From: an uncultured Spirochaetales bacterium
GTDB taxonomy: Bacteria; Spirochaetota; Spirochaetia; CAZWAS01
Direction: 5' to 3'
Length of the DNA stretch: 44,111 nucleotides
Assembly: GCA_964631915.1 (NCBI GenBank)
Contig: CAZWAS010000016.1
Span: 1-44,111, forward strand
Shown here: piece by piece, positions 7,739-15,158 of the stretch
How the letters are laid out: each line of letters starts with the position of its first letter
How positions within the stretch are numbered: position 1 is the first letter of the stretch
Made by a program: the position numbers and the translations under genes
Notes under the pieces: generated by a model
What the model saw: the letters and a program-made list of their open reading frames with translations, nothing else
The model's database searches: none
What the model was told of the DNA's origin: nothing

Positions 7739-9018
7739 GCGGAAAGATAAAGGAAATAGATGCTTCTCAGTTCGAGAGCGAAGTATTAAAGGCGGATCGT
7801 GCAGTGGTGGATTTCTACTCCACCGAATGTCCTCCGTGCGAGGCGCTCGCTTCCAAATACGAAGGGCTGAGCGAGCTGTATGGGGACGACATCAAGTTCA
7901 TAAAGATATTCAGACAGGGCAACAGAGAGCTCGCTGAACACCTCGGGGTGACCGGTTCTCCGACGGTTCTGTTTTACAGAGGGGGAAAACCGGTCGGAGA
8001 AAGGCTTACAGGAGGAGTGAAGCGGGCTTCGCTTATGAAAAACTTAGACGAACTTCTCTCTCCCGAACGGGCGAAAGAGCTGAGAAGCGGAATCCGGCAG
8101 AAACGGACAGACTGCGATGTCCTCATACTCGGAGGAGGTCCTGCTGGGCTCACTGCAGGCATCTATCTCGCGCAAGCCCGGCTCGATACCGTCATAGTGG
8201 ACACGGCGCTTCCCGGCGGATATGTGGCTACTACACACCAGGTTTCCAATTATCCCGGTTTCGTGGAGCCGATTGCCGGGTATATGCTTGCGCACACGAT
8301 GTCCGAACAGGCGAAAAAAGCGGGTGTAAAATTCCGTTCTGCAGTGGACGTATCGGATATAGATTTCGAGAAGAAAGAAATCCTTATCGACGGAGTCGAG
8401 CGCATCCGAGGAAAGAAAATCGTCATAGCCACAGGTTCGACGCCGCGGCCTCTCGGTCTGAAAGGCGAGAAGGAATACAGGGGGAACGGGATTTCTTATT
8501 GCTCGACGTGCGACGCCAAGTACTTTTCAGACAGGGATGTTGTGGTGATCGGAGGAGGCAATTCGGCGATAGAAGAATCCCTTTTCATCGCGAAGTTCGC
8601 GAAGACTATAACGGTCGTGCATCAATTCGCCGAGCTTCAGGCGAACAAGCTCGCCCAGGAGAAAGCCTTTGCAGAAAAGAAAATACGGTTTCTTTTCGAA
8701 CACGAACCGCGGGAATTCATCCGCCACGGTTCCATGGATATGGAAGTCGTGGTGGAGGAATTGAGAACGGGAAACAGAAAGAGCCTCAGAACGAACGGAG
8801 TGTTCATATTCGTAGGTTTCGTACCGAACATCGGGGAGTTCAAAGAGGCTTTTACGCTCGACAAATGGGGGTATATCGTGACCGACGACGAGATGAGAAC
8901 GAATATCAAGGATGTATATGCCGTCGGAGACGTGAGAACCAAATCCTACAGGCAGATTACGACTGCCATTGCAGATGGAACCATAGCTGCGATCAGCATA
9001 GCGAAAGAATTGGGTTGA
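7735..9018 (+). CDS. Thioredoxin (N-terminal, CPPC) fused to a thioredoxin-reductase-like flavoprotein
   Basis: The start overlaps the rSAM stop (ATGA). The Trx fold has FYSTECPPCE and the cis-Pro loop GSPTV. The TrxR part has LGGGPAGLTAG, a CSTC redox pair and IGGGNSAIEE. VHQFAELQANK replaces the canonical HRRxxFRAxK. Confidence 0.85.
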   Translation: MSGKIKEIDASQFESEVLKADRAVVDFYSTECPPCEALASKYEGLSELYGDDIKFIKIFRQGNRELAEHLGVTGSPTVLFYRGGKPVGERLTGGVKRASLMKNLDELLSPERAKELRSGIRQKRTDCDVLILGGGPAGLTAGIYLAQARLDTVIVDTALPGGYVATTHQVSNYPGFVEPIAGYMLAHTMSEQAKKAGVKFRSAVDVSDIDFEKKEILIDGVERIRGKKIVIATGSTPRPLGLKGEKEYRGNGISYCSTCDAKYFSDRDVVVIGGGNSAIEESLFIAKFAKTITVVHQFAELQANKLAQEKAFAEKKIRFLFEHEPREFIRHGSMDMEVVVEELRTGNRKSLRTNGVFIFVGFVPNIGEFKEAFTLDKWGYIVTDDEMRTNIKDVYAVGDVRTKSYRQITTAIADGTIAAISIAKELG

Positions 9019-9061
9019 TGCGGACAAAGTCCGATGGTACTGTAATGCAAGGAGGATGCGT

Positions 9062-9226
9062 ATGGCACAGAAAGAGATTACACTGGCGGAATTCGCGGAT
9101 GAATTGAAAGTCAGACTGAAAAAGGGTAAGACAGTAGACTGCTGCAAGGAAGAGCTTCTGAAACTTGCAGATATCGTGAAGGAAAAAATCGGGAAGGAAA
9201 AAATAACGGTAAATTGGAAGGATTGA
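9062..9226 (+). CDS. Unannotated 54-aa Lys/Glu-rich protein with a vicinal Cys pair
   Basis: Below the track cut-off. AAGGAGG lies 6 nt before ATG 9062. Translation: MAQKEITLAEFADELKVRLKKGKTVDCCKEELLKLADIVKEKIGKEKITVNWKD. Confidence 0.45.
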   Translation: MAQKEITLAEFADELKVRLKKGKTVDCCKEELLKLADIVKEKIGKEKITVNWKD

Positions 9227-9257
9227 ATCCCCGATATCCTAATAAATCGCTCAACTA

Positions 9258-9286
9258 TTGACGTTTCCCACGTTCCCCCCTATGAT
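9258..9286 (+). promoter_or_regulatory. Sigma70-type promoter of the DUF485/symporter operon
   Basis: TTGACG (9258-9263), 17-nt spacer, TATGAT (9281-9286). It lies inside the track's extended ORF start, which argues for the ATG 9309 start. Confidence 0.55.
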
Positions 9287-9308
9287 GTGTCCTCAAAAGG
9301 GGGAAGCC

Positions 9309-9599
9309 ATGTTGCATGAACCAGCACGGGAGGAAGGGAAGGACCACGCAGTTTCCTATAAGGCAAAACTCGGCGTCCGGATGTTCCTCCTGTATACCGT
9401 CGTCTACGCGGGTTTCGTTGCGCTCAACGTTATAAAACCCGTTGTAATGGAAGTCAGAGTCGTCTTCGGCCTCAATCTCGCCGTAGTATACGGATTCGGA
9501 CTTATCGTTTTTGCGGTCATACTCGCGCTTATTTACAACCGGATGTGCGGGAAAAAGGAAAAGACCCTGAACTCCGGTTCTCTGGGAGGCGGCAGATGA
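9309..9599 (+). CDS. DUF485-type small membrane protein (YjcH-like symporter partner)
   Basis: 96 aa with two hydrophobic helices (VRMFLLYTVVYAGFVALNV, NLAVVYGFGLIVFAVILALIY). Its stop overlaps the symporter start (ATGA), the usual yjcH-actP arrangement. Confidence 0.6.
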   Translation: MLHEPAREEGKDHAVSYKAKLGVRMFLLYTVVYAGFVALNVIKPVVMEVRVVFGLNLAVVYGFGLIVFAVILALIYNRMCGKKEKTLNSGSLGGGR

Positions 9600-11530
9600 A
9601 CGTACTCGCAGTCGTCGTATTTGCAGTGTTCGTTTTGATCGTTCTCGGACTTTCGTTTTTCTTCGCTCGGAGGGCTCGTTCATCCAGCGGTTATTATACT
9701 GCTGGTGGAAGCATCCACTGGTCGGTGAACGGCATTTCTTTTGCAGGGGACTATCTTTCCGCAGCTTCGTTTCTCGGCATATGCGGTATGATCGCAACAG
9801 TCGGATACGACGGCTTTCTCTACTCCATAGGATACCTTGCAGGGTGGATCGTTGCGCTCTTCGTAGTTGCCGAACCACTCAAACGCTTGGGGAAATTCAC
9901 TTTCAGCGACGCTCTGGACGCGAAATTCGGTTCGCGCGGAATACGCCTCATAGCCGCGCTCAGCACCCTCATAGTATCCGTGTTCTATCTCATACCCCAG
10001 ATGGTGGGAGCCGGCACTCTGGTGACGCCTCTGCTCGGACTTCCGCATTATGCGGGAGTCATCATGGTAGGGCTTATCGTAATAACCATCGTGGCTACCG
10101 CCGGCATGACCTCCACAACCTATGTGCAGTTCATCAAGGGAAGTCTCCTCATCGTGTTCTCTCTGGTGCTCGTCATAGCGGTCTGCGTACGCGGCCTTTC
10201 TACGAAACCGGATCAGGGAGGAAAGGTTCCCTTCCACGAGAATAAGACCTTATCCGGAACACAGGTGGGAGATTCTCTTTCGCTTAACGACGGTTCCTAC
10301 GCGGTGAAAGGCAGGTTTTCTGTAAAGCTGAGTTCCGCCAAATCCCTTGAATTCGCAAAACTGGAGAACGATACAGGTGCGGAAAGCTTCTGGCTCGTGG
10401 AGCACGGCAAAACGGAACCGGAAGTTCTGCTCCGGGAAACGCAGTGGTCGATCGTGAAAAAAGACGGCAGTGCCTTCGTGAACGGGGCACCCTCTTCGGC
10501 GGAAAATCAGATAAGGCTTGTGGGAAATCTCGAAAGCATAGAGGGGAAGATCGGAGATACCGCAAAAACGGGACCTATCAATCCTTTCAAATTTCTCGCC
10601 AAACTGAGCGACATGAACACCAAGATACAGCGCTGGGGAGAGGCAAAATTTTCCGACGGGTCCGACAAGGTGACGGTGTATTATCCGATAATCACATCCG
10701 GCAACACGATCATGAGGCCGGGGTTGAAATTCAAAGTCGAAGGGTCGATTGCCCAGAGGCTCGACTTCATATCCCTGATGCTCGCCCTGTTTCTCGGCAC
10801 TGCCGCCCTTCCGCACATCCTCATCCGTTACTACACGGTTCCGAGCGCTGCTGCCGCGCGAAAATCCACCATTGTGGCCATCATAGCCATAGGTACGTTC
10901 TACGTGTTGACCCTGTTCATGGGGTTGGGAGCCATGGTGAACGGAGTCGTGAATCCGCTCGACAACAATATGTCGGCTCCTCTGCTTGCACGTTCTTTCG
11001 GTACGCTTCTTTTCGCCGTCATCTCCGCAATCGCATTCGCGACCGTGCTCGGTACGGTGAGCGGTCTCATTGTGGCCGCCTCTGGTGCCGTTGCGCACGA
11101 CATCATGGATATGTTTGCAGGCATTAAACTGACGGACAAACAGAAAGTGAATGCGGGAAAAATTGCCGCGTTCGGAGTCGGCATCATAGCCATCGTGCTC
11201 GGCATTCTATTCAAAGGCATGAACGTATCGTTCCTCGTGGGCTGGGCGTTCGCTGTAGCCGCTTCGGCCAACCTGCCCGCCATTGTGATGATCCTCTTCT
11301 GGAAGAAAACGAATTCGAAAGGCGTTATGGTGTCAATTATCGTGGGCATTGTGGTTTCGATTTTCATCATCCTTCTTTCGCCGGATATGTATGCTTTGTA
11401 TAAACTCAATCCTCAGTCCGCTCCGATTCAGATAAATCAGCCAGCTATCATTTCCGTTCCTCTGAGTTTTATTGCTCTGATCGTCGTATCGCTGGCTACT
11501 GCGAAGAAAGGCGTAGAGGCGAAGGCATAA
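9596..11530 (+). CDS. Sodium:solute symporter family transporter (ActP-like cation/monocarboxylate symporter) with a large loop insertion
   Basis: Start taken at ATG 9596 (MNVLAVVVF). SSF pattern present (GGSIHWSVNGISFAGDYLSAASFLG, LPHILIRYYTV). About 190 hydrophilic residues are inserted at aa 201-388. Confidence 0.8.
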   Translation: MNVLAVVVFAVFVLIVLGLSFFFARRARSSSGYYTAGGSIHWSVNGISFAGDYLSAASFLGICGMIATVGYDGFLYSIGYLAGWIVALFVVAEPLKRLGKFTFSDALDAKFGSRGIRLIAALSTLIVSVFYLIPQMVGAGTLVTPLLGLPHYAGVIMVGLIVITIVATAGMTSTTYVQFIKGSLLIVFSLVLVIAVCVRGLSTKPDQGGKVPFHENKTLSGTQVGDSLSLNDGSYAVKGRFSVKLSSAKSLEFAKLENDTGAESFWLVEHGKTEPEVLLRETQWSIVKKDGSAFVNGAPSSAENQIRLVGNLESIEGKIGDTAKTGPINPFKFLAKLSDMNTKIQRWGEAKFSDGSDKVTVYYPIITSGNTIMRPGLKFKVEGSIAQRLDFISLMLALFLGTAALPHILIRYYTVPSAAAARKSTIVAIIAIGTFYVLTLFMGLGAMVNGVVNPLDNNMSAPLLARSFGTLLFAVISAIAFATVLGTVSGLIVAASGAVAHDIMDMFAGIKLTDKQKVNAGKIAAFGVGIIAIVLGILFKGMNVSFLVGWAFAVAASANLPAIVMILFWKKTNSKGVMVSIIVGIVVSIFIILLSPDMYALYKLNPQSAPIQINQPAIISVPLSFIALIVVSLATAKKGVEAKA

Positions 11531-11537
11531 ACGCACA

Positions 11538-11571
11538 GTACTAGCTCCTGGACAATTCCGGGAGCTAGTAC
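11538..11571. terminator. 14-bp hairpin between convergent genes
   Basis: GTACTAGCTCCTGG-acaatt-CCGGGAGCTAGTAC (one G-U pair). No U-tract on either side. It contains the stop codon of the minus-strand gene. Confidence 0.45.
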
Positions 11572-12161
11572 CTTTCCATGTCGGCGATACCGCCGAGCGT
11601 GGTCGGCACGGAAGGAAACAGTTTAAGCTCTCCGATGAGGTTCTGCGTTGCAGCGTCCAAGGGAGTCTGAGGGGAAAAGCCGTGCCGGATGAACGCTCTG
11701 GAAATTTCGATATAGCGTGCTGCTGTTTCATGCAAAAGCTCTGCAGTCGGTGGAGTCTTTTTTTTGTCGATGACGATGAGCAGCGTGAGCGTAGCATTCG
11801 TATCTATCGTGCCTACGGCGGTCAGAGGGTCGTCCGTGCCGAGTGAAATAGTGTAATGATAATTCCGCTGCCCTTCGGTGAGCGTTGGGATCATACCGAT
11901 GCGAAAGGCAGTGCCATCGCTCGACACTTTGAAGAGATACCCTCCCGCTGCCGACAGCACCCTCCGGTCGAGGCTTTGTGCAAAGAAACTGCGGAGTACA
12001 TCGGCGCTCACCTGTTTTTCGTTCAGGACGATCATATCGGTTTTGCCTTGCTCCATGGTGTTCAGTATACCCTCTTGCCGCGCACTTTCATACTCCACAG
12101 AGGGAGTCCCGCGTTGCGATTCCGTTTGACAGAACGAATCATTCCCCGTATAGTGATCCAC
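11565..12161 (-). CDS. Hypothetical protein (up to 198 aa; start unresolved)
   Basis: It is the only long ORF here and has protein-like composition. The track start is GTG with no SD, only 22 nt from the divergent gene. Internal ATGs at 12056 and 12035 are possible starts. Confidence 0.5.
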   Translation of the reverse strand: MDHYTGNDSFCQTESQRGTPSVEYESARQEGILNTMEQGKTDMIVLNEKQVSADVLRSFFAQSLDRRVLSAAGGYLFKVSSDGTAFRIGMIPTLTEGQRNYHYTISLGTDDPLTAVGTIDTNATLTLLIVIDKKKTPPTAELLHETAARYIEISRAFIRHGFSPQTPLDAATQNLIGELKLFPSVPTTLGGIADMERY

Positions 12162-12183
12162 CGGAGAGGGTAGTGCAACCGGG

Positions 12184-12729
12184 ATGAACAGGGCAAGGAC
12201 AAAATTTTATCTCGTCCGTCACGGAGAGCCAGATTGGGATCTCGCTTTCAACTACGATCTCCAAGGACCTTTGAGCGATTTCGTTCCCCTTACCGATACC
12301 GGAATCAAACAGTCGGAAGCAGCAGCTCTTGATGCCAGGTTGCGTTGCGGCGAACTCATCGTGTCTTCGCCGTACACCAGAGCCCTGCACACTGCAGCCA
12401 TTCTCTGCAGGGAGCTCAGGCTTCCACTCCAGGTTCACTACGACCTCAGAGAACGCGTCCCCTGTTTGAAGCCGGAATTCCTCTCCGTGAAGGAAGTCAT
12501 CGAATGCTGTAGGGATTACGAGCTCCATTCCGGGGAGTATCCTCCCGGAGAGACCCGCCTCTGGGAAACGAAGACGAGCATTAGGAAACGGGTGCTCAAG
12601 GCGCTTTCTTTCTATGCGTCATCGTATTCGTGCGTCATAGCGGTGTGCCACGAAAAAGTGATAGAGAGCATCCTCCCTGTGGAGCGGATACCCTATTGCG
12701 GCATATATGAGTATGAGCTGATACCGTGA
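12184..12729 (+). CDS. Histidine phosphatase family protein (phosphoglycerate-mutase-like)
   Basis: N-terminal FYLVRHGEPDW (RHG catalytic motif) and a later SSPYTRALHTA segment. Confidence 0.75.
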   Translation: MNRARTKFYLVRHGEPDWDLAFNYDLQGPLSDFVPLTDTGIKQSEAAALDARLRCGELIVSSPYTRALHTAAILCRELRLPLQVHYDLRERVPCLKPEFLSVKEVIECCRDYELHSGEYPPGETRLWETKTSIRKRVLKALSFYASSYSCVIAVCHEKVIESILPVERIPYCGIYEYELIP

Positions 12730-12757
12730 CCTGCCGAGTGCAGGAAAAGGAGTGGAC

Positions 12758-13537
12758 ATGGGTGTTTTGGACGGAAAGACGGCGCTTGTAGCGGGCGGCG
12801 GAACAGGCATAGGCAAAGCGATTGCAAGCCGCTTTTATGCAGAAGGGGCTACTGTTTTCTTGTGCGGAAGGAGAGAGGAAATGCTCCTCTCCGCGGCCCG
12901 TTCTTTTTCGCCCACTATGGAACGGGTGTTCTGCGTGAAAGCCGATATAACAGAGGAAGGTGATGTGGGTCGACTGATGCAAGTGCTGACGGAAAAACAC
13001 GGCCGCCTGGACATCCTCGTGAACAGCGCAGGTACCATGAAATTCGGCAGGCTCGAACAGATCGAACGGCAGGCGGTGTTGGAAATGCTGACCATCAATA
13101 CGGTAGGTCCATGGATGCTTATGAAAGCGGCTCTGCCGCTCATGCGAAAGGCAGGCAAGGGCTCCATAATCAATCTTTCTTCGCTCTCCGGCATACGGCC
13201 TTCGGTGGGAGGCGGGGCGTACTGTACGTCGAAGGCGGCGCTTATCATGCTTTCGCAGGTTTTCGCGCTTGAAATCGCTGAGGAGGGCATCAGAATAAAT
13301 CTGCTCTGTCCCGGGCTTGTGGAGGATACCGAACTAGGGAGTGAAACATTTTCTCCGGAACAGGTCCGTGCTTCCTATGAGAGGTTCAGGCATCTCCATC
13401 CTCTCGGGAGAAACGGAAAGCCGGAGGATGTGGCTGAAGCCGCACTGTTTTTCGCCTCCGATGCGAGTTCATGGATAACCGGAGCAGTGGTGCCTGTCGA
13501 CGGCGGCAGACATATGACGATAAACCGTCCGGCCTGA
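12758..13537 (+). CDS. SDR-family oxidoreductase
   Basis: Start at ATG 12758 (AAAGGAG 6 nt upstream). Has TALVAGGGTGIGKAIA, NSAG, and S...YCTSKAA (YxxxK). Confidence 0.85.
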   Translation: MGVLDGKTALVAGGGTGIGKAIASRFYAEGATVFLCGRREEMLLSAARSFSPTMERVFCVKADITEEGDVGRLMQVLTEKHGRLDILVNSAGTMKFGRLEQIERQAVLEMLTINTVGPWMLMKAALPLMRKAGKGSIINLSSLSGIRPSVGGGAYCTSKAALIMLSQVFALEIAEEGIRINLLCPGLVEDTELGSETFSPEQVRASYERFRHLHPLGRNGKPEDVAEAALFFASDASSWITGAVVPVDGGRHMTINRPA

Positions 13538-14106
13538 TGATGGGCCTCGACTGCGTTCTGCTCGCCGCAGGTCTCTCGTCCAGGATGAAAACCTGGAAAA
13601 TGCTTCTTCCATACAAGAGTTCGACTGTCGTGCAAGCGAGCGTTCGGAATGCGCTTTCAGTGTGTTCGCGGGTCATACTCGTGACCGGATTCAGAGGAAG
13701 CGAGCTGGCCGAGCTGTTCAGGCATGAACGTCGGGTACTTCCTGTATACAACGAAACGTATGCTTCGGGTATGTTTTCTTCGGTCAGATGCGGCGTAGCA
13801 TGCGTCGAATCGAGGGATTTTTTCTTCTCGCTGGGAGATATGCCCGCAATAGCTCCCGAAACGTACCGCGTGCTGTTCGGGCAAAAGTACTGCGATGCTG
13901 CGATTCCTTTGTACGGCGGTTCGAAAGGGCATCCGGTTTTTTTCCGCGGTCCTGCGAAGGATGCGATCCTCCGCGCGGATGAGCATACAACGTTACGGGA
14001 TGTGCTTTCGACCCTTTCGGTAACCACGGTTTCCGTCGATGATCCGGGCATCCTCTATGATATCGATACGGAAAATGACTATGAACAGGAACAGCGTCCC
14101 ACCTAA
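13537..14106 (+). CDS. mocA: MobA-like NTP transferase, MocA/YgfJ-type molybdenum cofactor cytidylyltransferase
   Basis: The start overlaps the SDR stop (TGATG). N-terminal VLLAAGLSSRM motif. 189 aa. Confidence 0.7.
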   Translation: MMGLDCVLLAAGLSSRMKTWKMLLPYKSSTVVQASVRNALSVCSRVILVTGFRGSELAELFRHERRVLPVYNETYASGMFSSVRCGVACVESRDFFFSLGDMPAIAPETYRVLFGQKYCDAAIPLYGGSKGHPVFFRGPAKDAILRADEHTTLRDVLSTLSVTTVSVDDPGILYDIDTENDYEQEQRPT

Positions 14107-14108
14107 CG

Positions 14109-15062
14109 TTATGGGATAAAATGGGTGCCTGTTTTCCCCTTCAGAGCTACTGCAGCTTTGTTCAGAGACGTTATGACTGCCTGTTTCCCTCCCCAGCGCA
14201 CGAACCTAAGACAGGCCTCGACTTTCGGCCCCATGGACCCTTTTAAAAAATGCCCTTCTTTCATATAAGCTTCCGCTTCTGGAATCGTCACCCGGTCGAG
14301 AAACCGCATATCCGGCTTGTTGAAGTCAAGCGCTACTTTTTCCACATCGGTGAGTATGAGGAAGATATCGGCGTTCACTGCCTGGGCGAGCTTGAACCCT
14401 GCCTTGTCCTTATCGATCACCGCATTGATGCCCGAAAGTTCGCCGTCTGCGCTCCTTGTGACCGGGATGCCGCCGCCTCCGGATGCGATGACTATGATGC
14501 CATTCGCAATGAGCGAATTGATGATAGTCTCCTCTACGATGCCCTCTGGTTCCGGAGACGGCACGACTCTCCGCCACCCTTTTTCTGCGCCCGGTTTCAC
14601 TTCCTTGACAGTATATCCTTTTGTGCTTTGAAGTCTGAGCGCCTCTTCGCGCGTATAGAAAGGCCCTACCGGTTTAGTGGGATCGAGGAAATCCGGATCA
14701 TCTTCGCGCACGAGCACTTGGGTAACTATGCTGCACACTGGAACGGACAATCCTTCTCTCGCAAGGCGGTAGCGAAGCCGGTTTTGTATCATCCATCCTA
14801 TCTGACCCTGCGTCATGGCACCGCAGATCGCGAGGCTTTGCGCTGGCACGAGTTTATCCGCTTCCTCCTGCTGGATGAGAAGGGCTCCCGCCTGCGGTCC
14901 GTTTCCGTGCGTGATGACGATGTTATACCCTTGTTTTGCAATGTTCGCTATTTGTGTGGCAGTATCATCTATGTTTTTGAATTGTTCTTCGGTCGTGCCC
15001 CGCTGATTGGGCTGGTTGATCGCATTGCCCCCGAGTGCAATGACGAGCGTCTCCTTCTGCAT
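14109..15062 (-). CDS. arcC: Carbamate kinase
   Basis: 317 aa with LVIALGGNA, ITHGNGPQ, ASGGGGIPV and KDKAGFKLA, a typical carbamate-kinase pattern. Confidence 0.9.
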   Translation of the reverse strand: MQKETLVIALGGNAINQPNQRGTTEEQFKNIDDTATQIANIAKQGYNIVITHGNGPQAGALLIQQEEADKLVPAQSLAICGAMTQGQIGWMIQNRLRYRLAREGLSVPVCSIVTQVLVREDDPDFLDPTKPVGPFYTREEALRLQSTKGYTVKEVKPGAEKGWRRVVPSPEPEGIVEETIINSLIANGIIVIASGGGGIPVTRSADGELSGINAVIDKDKAGFKLAQAVNADIFLILTDVEKVALDFNKPDMRFLDRVTIPEAEAYMKEGHFLKGSMGPKVEACLRFVRWGGKQAVITSLNKAAVALKGKTGTHFIP

Positions 15063-15095
15063 AGACGGCTCCTCGCAAGATGAATCTGGACTGTT

Positions 15096-15145
15096 GGCCT
15101 GACCAGTACGCAGTATAGGATAAGACGCTTTTTTTCCCCTGTCAA
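15096..15145 (-). promoter_or_regulatory. arcC promoter plus shared operator motif (site 1)
   Basis: The minus strand reads TTGACA (15145-15140), 17 nt, TATCCT (15122-15117), 11 nt, TGGTCAGGCC (15105-15096). An A-tract precedes the -35. Confidence 0.55.
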
Positions 15146-15158
15146 TCTTTTTTGTGGA

